DNA of 64,000 bases from the NCBI GenBank assembly GCA_036172245.1, contig JAYWIR010000018.1, positions 3,472,001-3,536,000 on the forward strand, read 5' to 3'. Shown here one piece after another: positions 24,001-36,987 of this stretch; the first letter of the stretch is position 1; every line of letters starts with the position of its first letter. The notes beneath the pieces are model-generated. The model searched no databases and was not told where the DNA came from. It saw nothing but the letters and a program-made list of their open reading frames with translations. The translations under genes and the position numbers were made by a program. Origin of the DNA: Raillietiella orientalis. Its lineage: Eukaryota.

Positions 24001-27000
24001 GGGCCAAGAAAACTCCGCGGGCTGCCGATCTTTGGTCAGAAAGGAGACGGGAAGATGGAGCGACTCGAGTTGAACGTGTCGTCGTGGCGCTTGATGGCAC
24101 AGCTGGCCAGTCATTCGCGGTGCTGCAGAAACGAAAAAAAAGAGAGGGAAGAAGGGTCAATCAGGGCGTAGAAAGAAGTCGGCCAGATGGTTGAGGGGAA
24201 GAAGGAAGGAAATGTGTGCCACTTCTCTTAGGGCATCCCACGTGTCCTCCAGAGACTTGTGCGTCTCTCTATGCTGACCTAAGGGGAAATTTCTGTGTTT
24301 CGAGGAAGGTTCTGAAGACAAAGGACAGAAGGGGCTAGCGGGACGCCTTGTTCTCCCCTCGGAAGAACTCACTCGAAAGGGACGATCCGAGACAGGGCCT
24401 GGACGCTGGTTTACGAGGGCCGGTCCTCTGGAAGCAGCCGAGCGCATCCGCGCTTGAGGACGTGCCCGCCATTCCTGTTCTATGGGACCGGGTTTGCCTC
24501 GCGAGATCGTTGCTGGCGGCGACGCGAGACGGGACTGAGACAGGTGGCCACAGCGCCGCTCCTTTCGACCTTCTAAATGTTGGTTGTAGCTGCGGGGCAT
24601 GGATGGTGCGGAGGAGACGCGGGAGGGTATCTACTGAGAGTCCACTACGGACATTCCTCCGGGGAAGAATGAAAAGGATGGATCCGTTCCGCAGCGCGGG
24701 CAATGATGGTGAATGGTATCGTGGCAACGCTGTGCTATTTGATCTGAAGTCGCAGAATGAGGCTGGTGGTATTGAGGTGTAGTCTGCGAATGACTGCCGC
24801 CATTTACAAGCTACCTCGCCTCTTTGTCAAGAATGGGATGGCCTCTCCCTCCCCAGGGGCACTATGAAGCTTCTTCGGCCTCAGCACCTCCTTTTGGATA
24901 TCCCTGTCTCCGAGTGTCCAGGAGGGGAAGAGAAGAAAGACCGAACGTGTCCTTTTGTACGTTCGCCTCCTCTGACGCGCTCGAGCGCACAGAAAAGGAA
25001 AGCTGCGCGGTCGATGTCGATTCCCCCTCTCCCTTGCCAGAGGAGCTAGCGTGCCGAGGTCTATTTCCACGGATGCAGCTTCGACCAAGTTCTCCCTTCT
25101 TAAAGAATGGGCGGAAGTTCGAACGGCCGTGGTGCAGGAGACGATCGCGGAATAGACGCGAAGGCTCCAGAAGAGGTGGAGGAGGAGGATCGCCCATGTG
25201 CCATTAAGCGGCCCGAAGCAGAAGCATTCCAAGAGCGGGCAAAAAGGGCACGCACGCGAACTGACGCGCGAGAGTAGCGGGGGTACCTCTTGCCAGCCAG
25301 AAGAAACCCGCTTGTGACTGCGCAGGATGCGTGAGATCTCGGAAAGGAAGAAGTGCAGAAAGGAGTCCATCCGACAGCCGACAAAGAGAGGGGCAGGAAG
25401 TGAAGGAACCCTGCCTGTCCCCTGCCCTATTCCAAGGAGCAGGGTCGGCAACAGCCGGATCCACTCCGTCTCCGACGAAAGCAGCAGCAGCAGATGACAC
25501 TCATCTTTAACCTCTGTGAAAATTCAATTTGCTCCCAGCTGCAGCTGCTCCGCCGCAGCGCCCTCCCATCCCGTAGATCCGTCTTTTCTGCGCTTTCCCA
25601 TTAGTCGTCCGTTGGACAGCCTCCGCTGATGACTCCTCGGGACATGACGGATCGGACGACGTCGCCAGCGTCCTGCAGATCAGCTGGGTCCCTACTGGCG
25701 CATCAGAAAGACTGGCCCTTTGTCTAGCGGCAAGGAGAGGGAGGAAGAAGAGGAGAGAAAAGGGACGACCCAAGGATTGCCCAAAGATCCCAGAGGATGC
25801 AGAAGCCCAGAAGTCGCGGTGAAGACGGCAACTGGAACGAACAGCAAGCGCTGGAGACTCCGCACGCTCCTTGGCGAGTCGCCTCTCAACGGGGTAGGCG
25901 CAAAGAGGAGTGAGGGATACAAGAAGAATCCCCCTTCTTCCGAGTGTCCCTCGCTCCCCTTCTCCGTCTCTCCTCGGCTCAGTAACCGCCTCTTCCAGGA
26001 TAAGGGCGATGAATGAAACGAAGCAGCCGCTCTTGGCGAACGTTTGGAGTTTTCATAAGAGGGGGAAGGAGGCCAGTGAACTGGTGAGAGGAGGACACGA
26101 GTGGGAGGCTTTCGGAGACTGGAGATGACGTCGGCCGGGGAGGAGTCCTGGAGGCGGTGATCGATGCACGAGGGATTGGGAGGGAGCATCAGGAGTGACC
26201 ACTTGGGTGTCGCGACCCCGAAGCATGAGTTTTCTCCCCCATACCCTGACTGAGCCCCTTCAAGTGCAAGTATATCCCCACTCCAGGTGCGGGCTGTCTC
26301 TTCAAACTTCACCTGGGGCCTTCCAGACAGTGCGCGAGTCTCGTCCCTACGCCAGAAGCAAGTCTTCTCTCCGGTTCCTGTTGATCCAGAGGTTCCAAAT
26401 GAGCATAATGGAGACCATGTCGTTTCCATCGCCCTTAGTTTCCAACCCATTCCCCCAGAAAGCGGTGGAGCTGCAATCAGGGTAGCCGCACCCACTCTTA
26501 CGGGTATCCGGACAGCGCGCCTGCCTGGCACCCGCTCGATCTGCGTCGCAGTCCGCGTTCAGCAGTTAGCTCGGTCCGGGAAGCGAGAGAAGAGGCAGAC
26601 GGGAGACGAAACTCCCTTTCGAGGCACGGCACTCCCCCCCGCGTTGCTTCTGAGATAATGGAGGAGAGAGGAAACAAGGGATGCAATGACTCCCTCGTCC
26701 GCTCAGGAGGGGTCCAGCAAATCCGCCGTCTCCCAGCTGTCCACTTCTCCAGGCGGTTGCCCGCTGCTCCACCGCCGATGAGAGTCTCCCGTGCCTCTTG
26801 GGGGCCGAGGAGGCACCAAATCCTGCGATTGCTGCCCCTCGTCCTCTCTTAATCGCCCCTAGGGCGGAGAGGAGAAGGGGCGGCTATCCACCCAATTCCT
26901 ACTCAATAAAAAAAAAAGAGTGAATCGATCCGTGTTCGCTTCGGCATGCCCTGGGGAGGACCGGAGGCAGGGTGCGAGCAGAAAGTCCGGCCCTCTCCTT

Positions 27001-27321
27001 TCCCGGGCATGAGGAAGGGAAGAGTCGCCGGACGCTCCTCGGCAATGCCAGTGTCTTCGGTCATCCCCCAAGGGCAAAATAAATCGCTCACCCTCCCGCC
27101 CATCCGTCTGAGATGTTGGGCGGGAGACCCACTCTTCTGCCTACTCCTCTCCCCATCACTCATGCGCGGACTCGCGGAGCCTCCGAGGTTGCTGTGGCCA
27201 TGAGAGGACTTCCCTTGGAGAGCCTCCGAACAACCCCACAGTGACTCTGTGCCGGAGGCGGGCGGCTGTGGCGACGGACTACGCAGGACCCATTAGGGGC
27301 GGGGAGGGTGATGGAGCTTGC

Positions 27322-27478
27322 CTCTTCCAGCTCCTCGTCGTTCTTCGAGTAGGAGGCGCAGTCGTCGCACACTCTCTGGCGGCATCCATCGCAGCGCCGG
27401 AAGTACTCGTCGACCTTGAAAGACTTGACGCAGACTCTGCACGACTCCCCTCTGCTCACTTTCTCTGCCACGTCCGTC
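27322..27478 (-). CDS. Fife: Zinc finger exon (CRVCVKSF...CDGCRQRVCDDCASYSK)
   Basis: Acceptor ctttccag, phase 2 start, three CxxC pairs of a RIM/Fife-type zinc finger. The best-fitting donor is non-canonical, GAG|GCAAGC. Confidence 0.9.
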
Positions 27479-29149
27479 CTGGAAAGGATCGGAAGTTAAA
27501 ACCCGAGGGACCCCTTCCTAAAAAAGGCGAGGGATCAGAGAAAAAGGTCCGAGGTGGTCAGCGGCACGCATTCTAGACCCCGGAGCGAGGTCACGAAGCA
27601 AGCAGGCGCGGTCTCCTCTTGCTGCATGTGGAGCGAATAGCTCAAGAAGGCGTAGAAGGTCGCGCGCCTGGGCCAGATGAGGCAAGAAGATGACCTCGCT
27701 TCCTCGTGCCTCTTCCCACGCTCTTCTGGCCATGACGATGGGGTGGCGTGCAAAGGACTCGCGAGCGATTTCCCCGGAGGATGCCCATTGTCAGCGACAG
27801 CACTCAAGCTACTTCCCCGGGCAATGAAGACGCTTGATCTTCCGCACCCTGCTGCTCAAGAACCCTGGGGCAGAAGACGTAGCCCCGTAGCTCCCTGTCA
27901 TTGCGAAGGGACGAACAGACGTCGGGGAGAGGCAAGCAGAGTGAGAAGGATCCCTTCTCTCGATGGCTGTGGTGGGCAGCCGCGAGCCCCAGAAACAGGA
28001 AAAGCGCGAGGTCACAGCTAGGGCAGCCGCTCATCGAGTGGTCCATTGATCAGTCGGAAGAAACACAAAGAGCACCGTTCGGCCCGATGCCACTTCATCC
28101 TCCTCTCTCAGATAGCAGACCGAACCCCCACCTTCCCCCTCCTCCTCGGACGACGGTGAGAGTTCGGGGTCGTGCACGCGCGCAGTACCATTTCCCACCA
28201 ACGTCAGATCTGCGCCGTGGATCGGACTTTCTCCGCATGGCAAAGGGGAGGAAAAGCCCTACGGAAGTCTGTGGACGTTTCAGGCAGGCCAAACGGAGCA
28301 TTTCCTGGTAGGAGTGGCCACGCGGCGGAGTTCCAGTCGGTCCGTGGAGCATCTTCCGAGGAGGTTACTCTGGCATAACATGCTATCTTTATCGAAGAAA
28401 TGCTTTTTTTTATGGTACATTACTTTTTAGTTGTATAGGTTGAGTAGAATTTTTATTTTCAAGATAAATGTTTTCATTAAACTAGTCAACCTAGACTTGG
28501 TTTGTGAATTGGTTGGTGTAGTGCTAAGGGTGAGGAAATATCCACACTTGGATCCTCGAAGGAGTCGCATGCACTCCCTGCTCCTCTAAGGTAGCATTTA
28601 AAGGGAAGAATCAGTATCCGGGAATAAGGTAGAGCGGACCCCCACCTCTACCCTAATGAGTAAATTGGGGGAGAAGGCAACTCCTTCCGTTGGCAACGAT
28701 CAGCCAAAGAGCCTAGGGCATCTCCAGCCGCCGATGCCTCTCGCTGCCGCAGAGAACTCTTCATGAGGACGCGACCTATCAGGAGGAGGAAAAGGCTTTA
28801 TATTCCGGAATGGGGTTGCAGGGACATCCCTTTCCACAGGGGCTCCACTGCATCCTCCTTCCGGAGCTGCTACTCAGGTTCTTGTCCGGCGATTGGCCGT
28901 TCCTTCTCTCGCGACCGAGCGGCCTGCATGTCTCTCAGAGCACCGTAAATGTGTGAGCTAAGAAGAAGTCTAAGAAGTGTGAGACGTGCATTCTCAAGGC
29001 ATCTCGCATACTTCCTTTCGCGAGGCAAGTTAGCTTGAAATCTACCCCCGTGGTCTCTCCCGGTAAGAAGGAAGGGGAAAAGGGACCTGAGGAATCGAGG
29101 TAGACGTTCTGCGAGCCCAAGAGCGAATCATCTTCCAAAGGAGGTGGGA

Positions 29150-29900
29150 GACAGTGGTAGTGATCGAAGGGGTAGTGCCTCCCCAGCCTCTTTTTATGAA
29201 ACACAGATTTCATGCAACTAGTGTCCGTTCGTCGACGCTTATAGGAGGTCTTGTCGTGTACCACAATAAACTCTCGGATTCCATGGACTGGAATGCAGAG
29301 ACATCCTTACTGTTACCCACGAAAGCAGCAAAGAGTGTGTTTGGCGCTTGCAGCGATCATCCGCTTTGCAAGCAGACCCGCCTGAGAGCAATTAATAGGT
29401 GAAAGTGCCTGCCTATCCTCGGCTGAAATGTGGTGGGTGAGGATACAAGTGTCTGGTGATTAGGCGCACATCCACGTAAGGCACATGTGAATGCATGTGG
29501 CCCGAAACACACTCGCCTCCTGAATCTTGAAGACTGGATGAAGGAGCTCCTGCAACGTCTTCTGGTCTCAAAAAGGGAAAGGGGTCAGGAACGGATGATT
29601 CCAGGCCCTGCTAGTATGGTGAAGCGTTCCTTAGTTGAGCCGATCATTCAGGAAGGAGACACAAGTGCTTTCCAGAACACCCTGGTTTCCCAACTATTCG
29701 GAGTCGAGACCGAAAGGGAAATCTTGACAGCCCTGAGAGGGCTGGAAAAATGTCATCTCTTAACGAGGATGCACCCATGCCGACCAGGGATCCTGGTCAC
29801 TATGTGATTCCCTGTCGGAGCACTCTGGGATCCAGAAATGTCAGGCTGACCCCAAGGGCTTGCCCGGATGAGTACTTTTACGATCGCGAATCAGGGACTC
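29150..29900 (+). mobile_element. Degenerate LINE ORF2 relic (EN end to RT start)
   Basis: CSDHP (SDH), TEREILTALRGL and PDEYFY (GLPxEFY-like) occur in order. Confidence 0.4.
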
Positions 29901-32900
29901 CCTGGATGCGGGAACCGCGGCACCCTTTATCCGTATCAAGAGCCCGGGTTCTGGATGGAAAGGTGGTTAGAAACGATAAACCAACGGTTCTGATTCTGAA
30001 CCAGGGGATAGAGTAGCAATGCACCCTTCATAAAACTGATCCGATTCCGTGTGGCTTTATGTCCTTAAACGCAGCTGAGTTCTCAAGGAGTATCTCGCCA
30101 CCTCTTTATGTCAACAGTGGCTTGCAAAGCGTCATCTTGTTTGCCAGGGATAGCACGCGTTCGGATGCTATCTTCAAAAGATCACTTGATTTGTGAGCTG
30201 TCGGTGGAAATTGGCTGAGAGGTAAATAAGGATCTGATCGAAGAATCGCTAACCAAAGATCACGGGTGTGCTGTTGAGGTTGTGATTTCGTCCTATACAG
30301 TAACGGATGGACCTCAGGTATATGGATCGCTTTTGGCTGCATTGTAGTTTTCTGAGCAAAATTCGATTCCTGATACCTATTATCGTAAGTTTTAGGTGCC
30401 TTATTTTTGTATAACCTCATTAATGAGGTTAGAATGCCGTTCCATTTTCGAATACGAAAAAAAAAAGATGAAAAAAATAATATCTAACATTGTGAAATGT
30501 TGAATTAACGAAATGTAGTCGTAGTGGCGACGAAGAACTGGAAATCTGATTTTTAATTCCTATTTTCAAAGTACTCTAACAGTTCATAGCTTTATCAGCA
30601 GGTACTGTAGCTGCATGCTGCTTAAAAACCTTCATTTGATAGTCATTAAAGCAACAAGCCAGATCACTGGATCACTGGATCTTTTCTTTTTTTTTTCATA
30701 GTATTCATGAAGTTTACTTTTGCTTCGTTTTTTTCTTTGGAGTTTCATGCTTCTCAACTGTCCTGCCCCCTGAGCTCTCCACCTTCAGTTTCTTGGGAAA
30801 GGTTGCTGAAATGAAGAAGCAAAGAAATGCCAATCTCGAACATGCATCCTTGTTAAAACCGAACTGAAAAAAGAAAAAGTTTTCCGGAATGCAATTCCAA
30901 AAAAATGGCATCCTAGCACAAAGGAAGCTAGAAAGTCGAATCTTCTCATGCCATGAAGAGACCCTCAGAAGCAGAGATCCAGGTTAAGTTTGCGAAAGCG
31001 AACCAGCCCGTGTGCTCAAGCGCAACCTTAGTGATGACTTGAGTAGGGAAAAACTTTATCCTAGAAAAGCAGCTTCTATAGTGATCTATCTCTCAGTAAG
31101 GTTAACAGTTCTCAGAAAGCTATTCATTCAATAGGTTGTTGCTACTGCACCTAGGAGATTCAAGTGCAACATCAAGAATTCCGCTTCCATATTATTCGGA
31201 TAACGAAAAACTCTGAGGAAGGAAATGAAATGTCGGATATTTTCGAACATGCAAACAGAAATGCCCGTTCCTAGAGTGTCTTTAGTGTCAAGAATCATGC
31301 TAGGAAAATTTCCAAGAACTCCTTTTGGTTGAGTCAACTGCTGCGACTTGCGTAATGTTCAGGTCATGAGCTTCTTGATTTCTCTGGAATACCATTTGCA
31401 TCTCCTTCCTTGGAAACGCCACCATCTGAAGCTTCCTTTGCCTGATTGTTCGTTTCTTTGTCTACTTTTGTGTAGCATCCGACACTCAGAGGAATTCGAG
31501 AGAAGCATGGTTTCTGTTAAGGATGCATAAACGCAGTTATCGCGATTAGAAGGGGGGAAATGCACAAATACATCACGAAACGCATATAAAAAGAAAATCT
31601 CATCTTTGCACAAGAAAAAAAAATGTCTCTTTCAAACCTAGAAGAGATGAGACCAGAAGGCTACAGAAAGGTTTGTCAAAATTGCCAAGTCTCCAAGATG
31701 CAATCTTTGGTAGTGCCAAAAATAGCCATTCGTTGAAACATAAAGAGGAACGACTTCATAGGTATTCTGACGTAATGGGTGGGTTCTCGGGACTCTTGTG
31801 ATTCAATTTGAAGAATGACGTCAGCGATGTCACTGCAGGAGAAGCAAGAGCATCTTCAAGAGATTAATTATATCTATGGTATCGAACAGGCGCAAAACTT
31901 GAACTTGAAGTTTGTAAGACCAGAACATCATGGACATTGAGGTCTTCTAGCTTCTCTACAATTGTGAGCATGGGTCCTATGGTTTGTGGAGGCGTTGGAT
32001 TGCCTTCTCAGATTAATGACTTTTTTTTGTGAGGTCAGTTTTCACCAGGCATACTCGAAACTGTCAACATTTGTTTGCAAGAGATGGAGCACATTTTCTT
32101 AAGAAAGCATCCGCACTTGGAATTTTCTACCTTTTCTTTCAGTAGTCAAAAACCGAATCGCTGTTTGAAAACCATTGGTTTGCTTGATCTGGAGCTTCTT
32201 GATCAAGTTTACCTTTTCACTAGGGACTTCGAATTCTTGTTTCATTGAGCAAATATAGATTTTGTTACATGCACAAGTTTCTTTTTGAAGAGTTCCTCCA
32301 CCTCGTAACTCGATTGCTTCCGCGATTCGGGAACCATCGGGTGTCGAAAGAATATGGAGGAGAGGAGTTTCCGAAAGGCTGCGCTTCAATTTCTATTGTT
32401 CTAATTGCTCTTGATGACCTCTATTAGGCGGTTTCTCAGTCGCGCTTGTTGCATCAGCCCCAATGATGTTTTCCTTTACCCCTCAGTTGCTTAATACTTC
32501 AGCCGTTTCCATAGAACATGGAAGTCTGTCCTTTGTCATTTACGAGATTTGAGACTGTTGCATATCTACTAGAAAAGGCTCTGACGAAACACTCTGATGG
32601 GACTCTGTAGAGAGCTGCTGAGGAAACGGACTCCTTTGGCTATTGAAACATCCAAGTCGTTGTGAACAGTGAGAATGGGACTGTCGAGGAGTCTAGAATG
32701 GCTGCTGCTCTTAGAGTTTCCAGTAGTGATGCAAGAAATTTCGGGAAATTTCGGGAAAGCATTGGCCTCGGTTCAGCGTCAGTGCTGTGGTTCCTTGCTC
32801 AGCTCAGCAAGCTCTCAAAGCTCTGCATAGCACAAGGGCGTAATACCAGAGCTCACTAAAAGTAGACACTCCTCTGCAGCATTGCGATAGGATTCATCAT

Positions 32901-35900
32901 TTCGGCATCTTCGATCCGGAAGGTTTGGACGAAGTTCAGAAAAAGTGAATATTTAAAGAATAGGAAATGGAGGGTTACGACGACAAAGGCAGCGGAACAG
33001 ATTAGACTTTTCAGTTTTTGGATGATTTCAAGGTTGAGGAGTAGAAAGCTTGAATAGTTGCTGCGTACCCAAGGAGTCATCTGGATCTGCGTGTCCATGA
33101 TTCAAGGTGACAGGAAATCCGTGCAGACTCTGCTGATCGTTTGCTGCTCTGCGCTCAAAGAAACGAAGAGGTTCACAAATGATATGGAACGAGTCACGAA
33201 GTCGAATGCGGTTTGGAATGAGTGTCTTTGCAAAAAAAAAAAAAAACCCTCCCGGGACTATAGATCCGTTATGGAATCCCCTTGTTCCGAGAAAAGTTGC
33301 ACTGATGCTCCATTCAAGGTAGAGTCAGAAGAAGAGCTGAGCAGAGCGAGGGTTTGCATGACGAAACAAGTGAATATGAAGTAGGCAGCTGGCCTAGATG
33401 AGATAAATGAGGATGCAAGGAATAATCCAGATAAGGAGAATCTGAAGAAAGGATTTCCAGCTGAAGTTGGAAGAGGAGTTGAAAGGTCTTCAAGGCAAAG
33501 GCAGCAGAGGAGGAGATGAAGAAAGACTCTCCTTCCTCCTAGATAACAAGATGAGGAGATTGTATGCACACACCACTCTCGCTAAGCATCGGTGGAGAGA
33601 AAACCTTTTCTCCCGTATCTTGAAGCCAGTCCCTGCTTAAAAGCCAAAGGGGTGATCAGGAACTGTTTCCTGGAAAGTGAAAATGGATTTCAGGAAGCTG
33701 AGCTCTGCCTGGCCCAATGATTTCCAGGTAGCAACATATCTTTGGCGAGGAGCACATCCATACTCCACTGGTAGCCTGGTCGACAGCCTCTTTTATCTGT
33801 CTCCGAGGTCATGCAGTCGATGTAATTTTCATTTTGCGCACAGCATTACTTGCTTTGCAATGCAGTCAGCTGCTGCTCAGAGGTTGAAGAAGAAATGTTC
33901 TGAGGAGAAGGAATGAGCCAGTTCTCTAGTCCCTGTTGGCTAGGGTTATGATCCTGAGATTTGCGATCCACTCAAAGGGATTTTCTTTCCACTTGTGTGC
34001 TGAGGTGAAGCTTCCTCTAAGCATCCTGATTTGCTCTTCAGATGGCGAGAGAGCAGGAAGGCGTGAAGTGGCCATAAGAGAAGAGGAATAAAAAAACACA
34101 GCCTTCCTACTTAGATTATCGCTTCACTTCACACAAGGCCTTCTCAGCCGTAGACCAGGAAGGCATCGGGAAATCGAGTCTTTCGACTGGAGACGAACTG
34201 AAAACCTCGATGCACAGGTCTCATGCCTGTCATCATGCGAAGAAGCGGTACAAAAGTTAAAAGCGAACATGTACAAAAGTGAAGAACGCTTCATTAGAAG
34301 TGGGAAGAGGAGGGACAGAAGAGAGAATAAAAAGAATAAAAAGAAGGTTGAACTAAGCGAATGTCGTCTCCTTCACTCAATTCGCACTACCGTTCCATGA
34401 ACTGAGGGACTTTGTTCAGTCTCACAACTTCTCTCATTACTTTTTGCAATCTTCCTATGAAGCTGAGTATCGATGAGACAGAACCTTTTACCCCCAAACC
34501 TTATCCCAGAGAACAGGCTCGAGATTTCACTGCTGCATCCCTGTTGATTATATGTAGTGATAGAAGGTGGGAACTCGAAACTCCGAAATCAATATCTCAA
34601 GTTGAGTTCTGGAGAGTTCCTTTCCAGAAACCGCCCTGCGAGAGGCAAGACTATGGATGTCCATTCCGAGAAGTTATATGGAGGTACTTTATAGGGGGAC
34701 TAGAGAATGAGGCAAAGCAGACAGATGCACCTGGTTTATTCTTCTAACTTAGTGAGGTGAATTTGATACGAGGAGCGAGAAGAAACAGGAAAGAGGACCA
34801 ACTCGGTCACTCGGGGCTCACGAATCACTGGAGCTGAGACCCGTGCAAGAACACGAGTTGTCGGGAAGGCCCTCATCGTGATCGTAATCACACCCCAAGC
34901 AAAAGACTCATCATTCCCAAGAGAAGTGCTTCCATTGTATTCATCTAAATGTATGCGGGTCCATGCACTTTACGCATACATGTGCATTTGTATTAACCTC
35001 TGTATGAGTATTTTTCGTTTCAATCCACGCATGTGTGGTCGTGTACGCTTCACGAGCGTGCAAAAATACGTACGCCGATTCTTATCGACATGTGTTGTAG
35101 ATATGCACCCCAAAAGTTTCACATGCTTGTCTCCTACATGCACACACAGATATATGTACGTACATTAGCTGTGCACGTAAAGACGAGAGTTTTTCGAGAA
35201 GGAGGAAGAACCTTTGGGAGTGAGATGAAAGCATGAAAATCATCAACTAATTGCATGGATTTGAGATGAATGTAAATTAACATACACAGTCTTCTACTAA
35301 AAATAAAAAACAATTCAGTAGTGGAAGGCATGTTGCATTGAGATTATCATGTCTGGGATTCATCCTCTAGATCTCAGTCTTTCTGAAAGTCAAAAGTAAC
35401 TTCGAATTGAAACGTTTGAAGATTGAAAGATTCACAGATTTCGCTTGAAGGAAGAGAGAACCAGAAGCAAAAACCAGTATGAAGACCTCAGATAATGATG
35501 ATCACATGAGGAAGATGTACGAAAGGACCGTAAGCAAAAGCAGTTTTTGAAGGATGTTACAGGCTTGAGGACACCAATGAAAGTCGGCAACGAGACGGTT
35601 AGGAGGATCATCCTTTAAGCTGGTATGAGCATTTGATACCCTGAACTTGTACCTTCTCCAGCTTGCTTACTCTTGTAACAGAGAAAATTTTGTACCAGGA
35701 ATCGCCTAGAACGTTCGACCACCCGATCTCCCTCTTCCCTTCCGGTCTTCCAGGTTTCACTGCTCTGTGGAAAGCAGATTCAATTGTCCTACTGATTCAA
35801 TTCAGCGAAACGCTTTCTGTTAAAAAGGTCATCTAATAGGATTCTCTTGCTTCAATGCTCTTCATTCAGCTGACTAGTCTTGAGGCAAACGTCTGATCCT

Positions 35901-36787
35901 ATGAGGTTCATGCACAAACGGCCATCTTATGTAAACAAAGACATTGCGTTTCATCGCGGAATTTTGTAGGCAATCCTCTCCTCAAAGATATTTCTGCCTC
36001 CTACAGAAACATTTGTTGTTGACGACCCTTGCAGCACTTGAGTCAGTGTAAAATATGGAACCCCACCAAGCAGGGAGGTGTGCAGCGAGTTTGGCTCGAA
36101 TCAGCACTTCATGAGGGAAGCTGTCGATTTTCTCAGAGTGGAGATCTCAAAGAACTGGGATCCGCCAAGAACAGAAGCCGATCTTGGAAACAAATTGAAT
36201 TATAGATCTCCTGTCTCTTGCAACTGGTAGTTACGCATGAAAAAAGAAAAAGAAAAAGGTTTGTTATGTTTGATGCTGGGGATGTTGGCATGTAGATGTT
36301 TAGCAAAATTCGAAGCACGTGGGTGTCTCTTGAAGGTAAGGAAGCGATTTTCGATTTCACCGTCCGACGGCTACAACGCAGGTTAGGTACGTGTGCTCTA
36401 AAGGTGTACGAACCCAGTTGGGTACTCGTTGTTTCCTCTCGGTCGGAGAATTACTTGTGTTTCCCTAGCGTGGTTTCCTGTGGGAACTCTAGTTGACATC
36501 GTCTTTAGAGAGTTGCTTCGCGCTTCGAAATGAAAAGGAAACGCTAAGGCCATTCATCACGTTCTTGTTGGAATCATATGACAGCGCAGACGAGAGTCGA
36601 TAGCATTTCCTAGGAGATAGGGAATCGCTGCTGATCTTCCGCGCTAACACTAGTTAATCTTGTTATAGCAGGAAAGCAAAAGTGCAGCGGAAAATTGCCA
36701 GGATTAACTAGTGCTAGCGCGGAAATGGCGAAAATAAGCAAATTTATCTCTTCCATTTCATGGAATTGCGATTATTTAAATGCTAAC

Positions 36788-36987
36788 CTGTTGGCTTCCT
36801 TGAGATCTGATCTCTGAGTTACAGATTCCGGGAAAGTTTCAACGTAAGAAGGCGATTCAGAGAGTGCTGGAATAGCAGTCTTGCGGCCATGTAAACCAGT
36901 CGTAATCGTTTGCTTCAGCTTGAGAAAAGTGGACGATCCTGTCGCGGCATCATCTTTTCCATCGTTTTCAGGATCTGGCGACACGAT
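36788..36987 (-). CDS. Fife: Fife-like exon 2 (IVSPDPEND...FLKLKQTITTGL...KEANR)
   Basis: Acceptor aatttcag, donor AG|GTTAGC, 200 nt, phase 0 to 2, which fits both neighbours. KLKQT motif. Confidence 0.75.

Noticed and set aside
28510..28680. A-box-like TGGTGTAGTG as a SINE head
   Set aside because: No convincing B-box and no second copy in the window.
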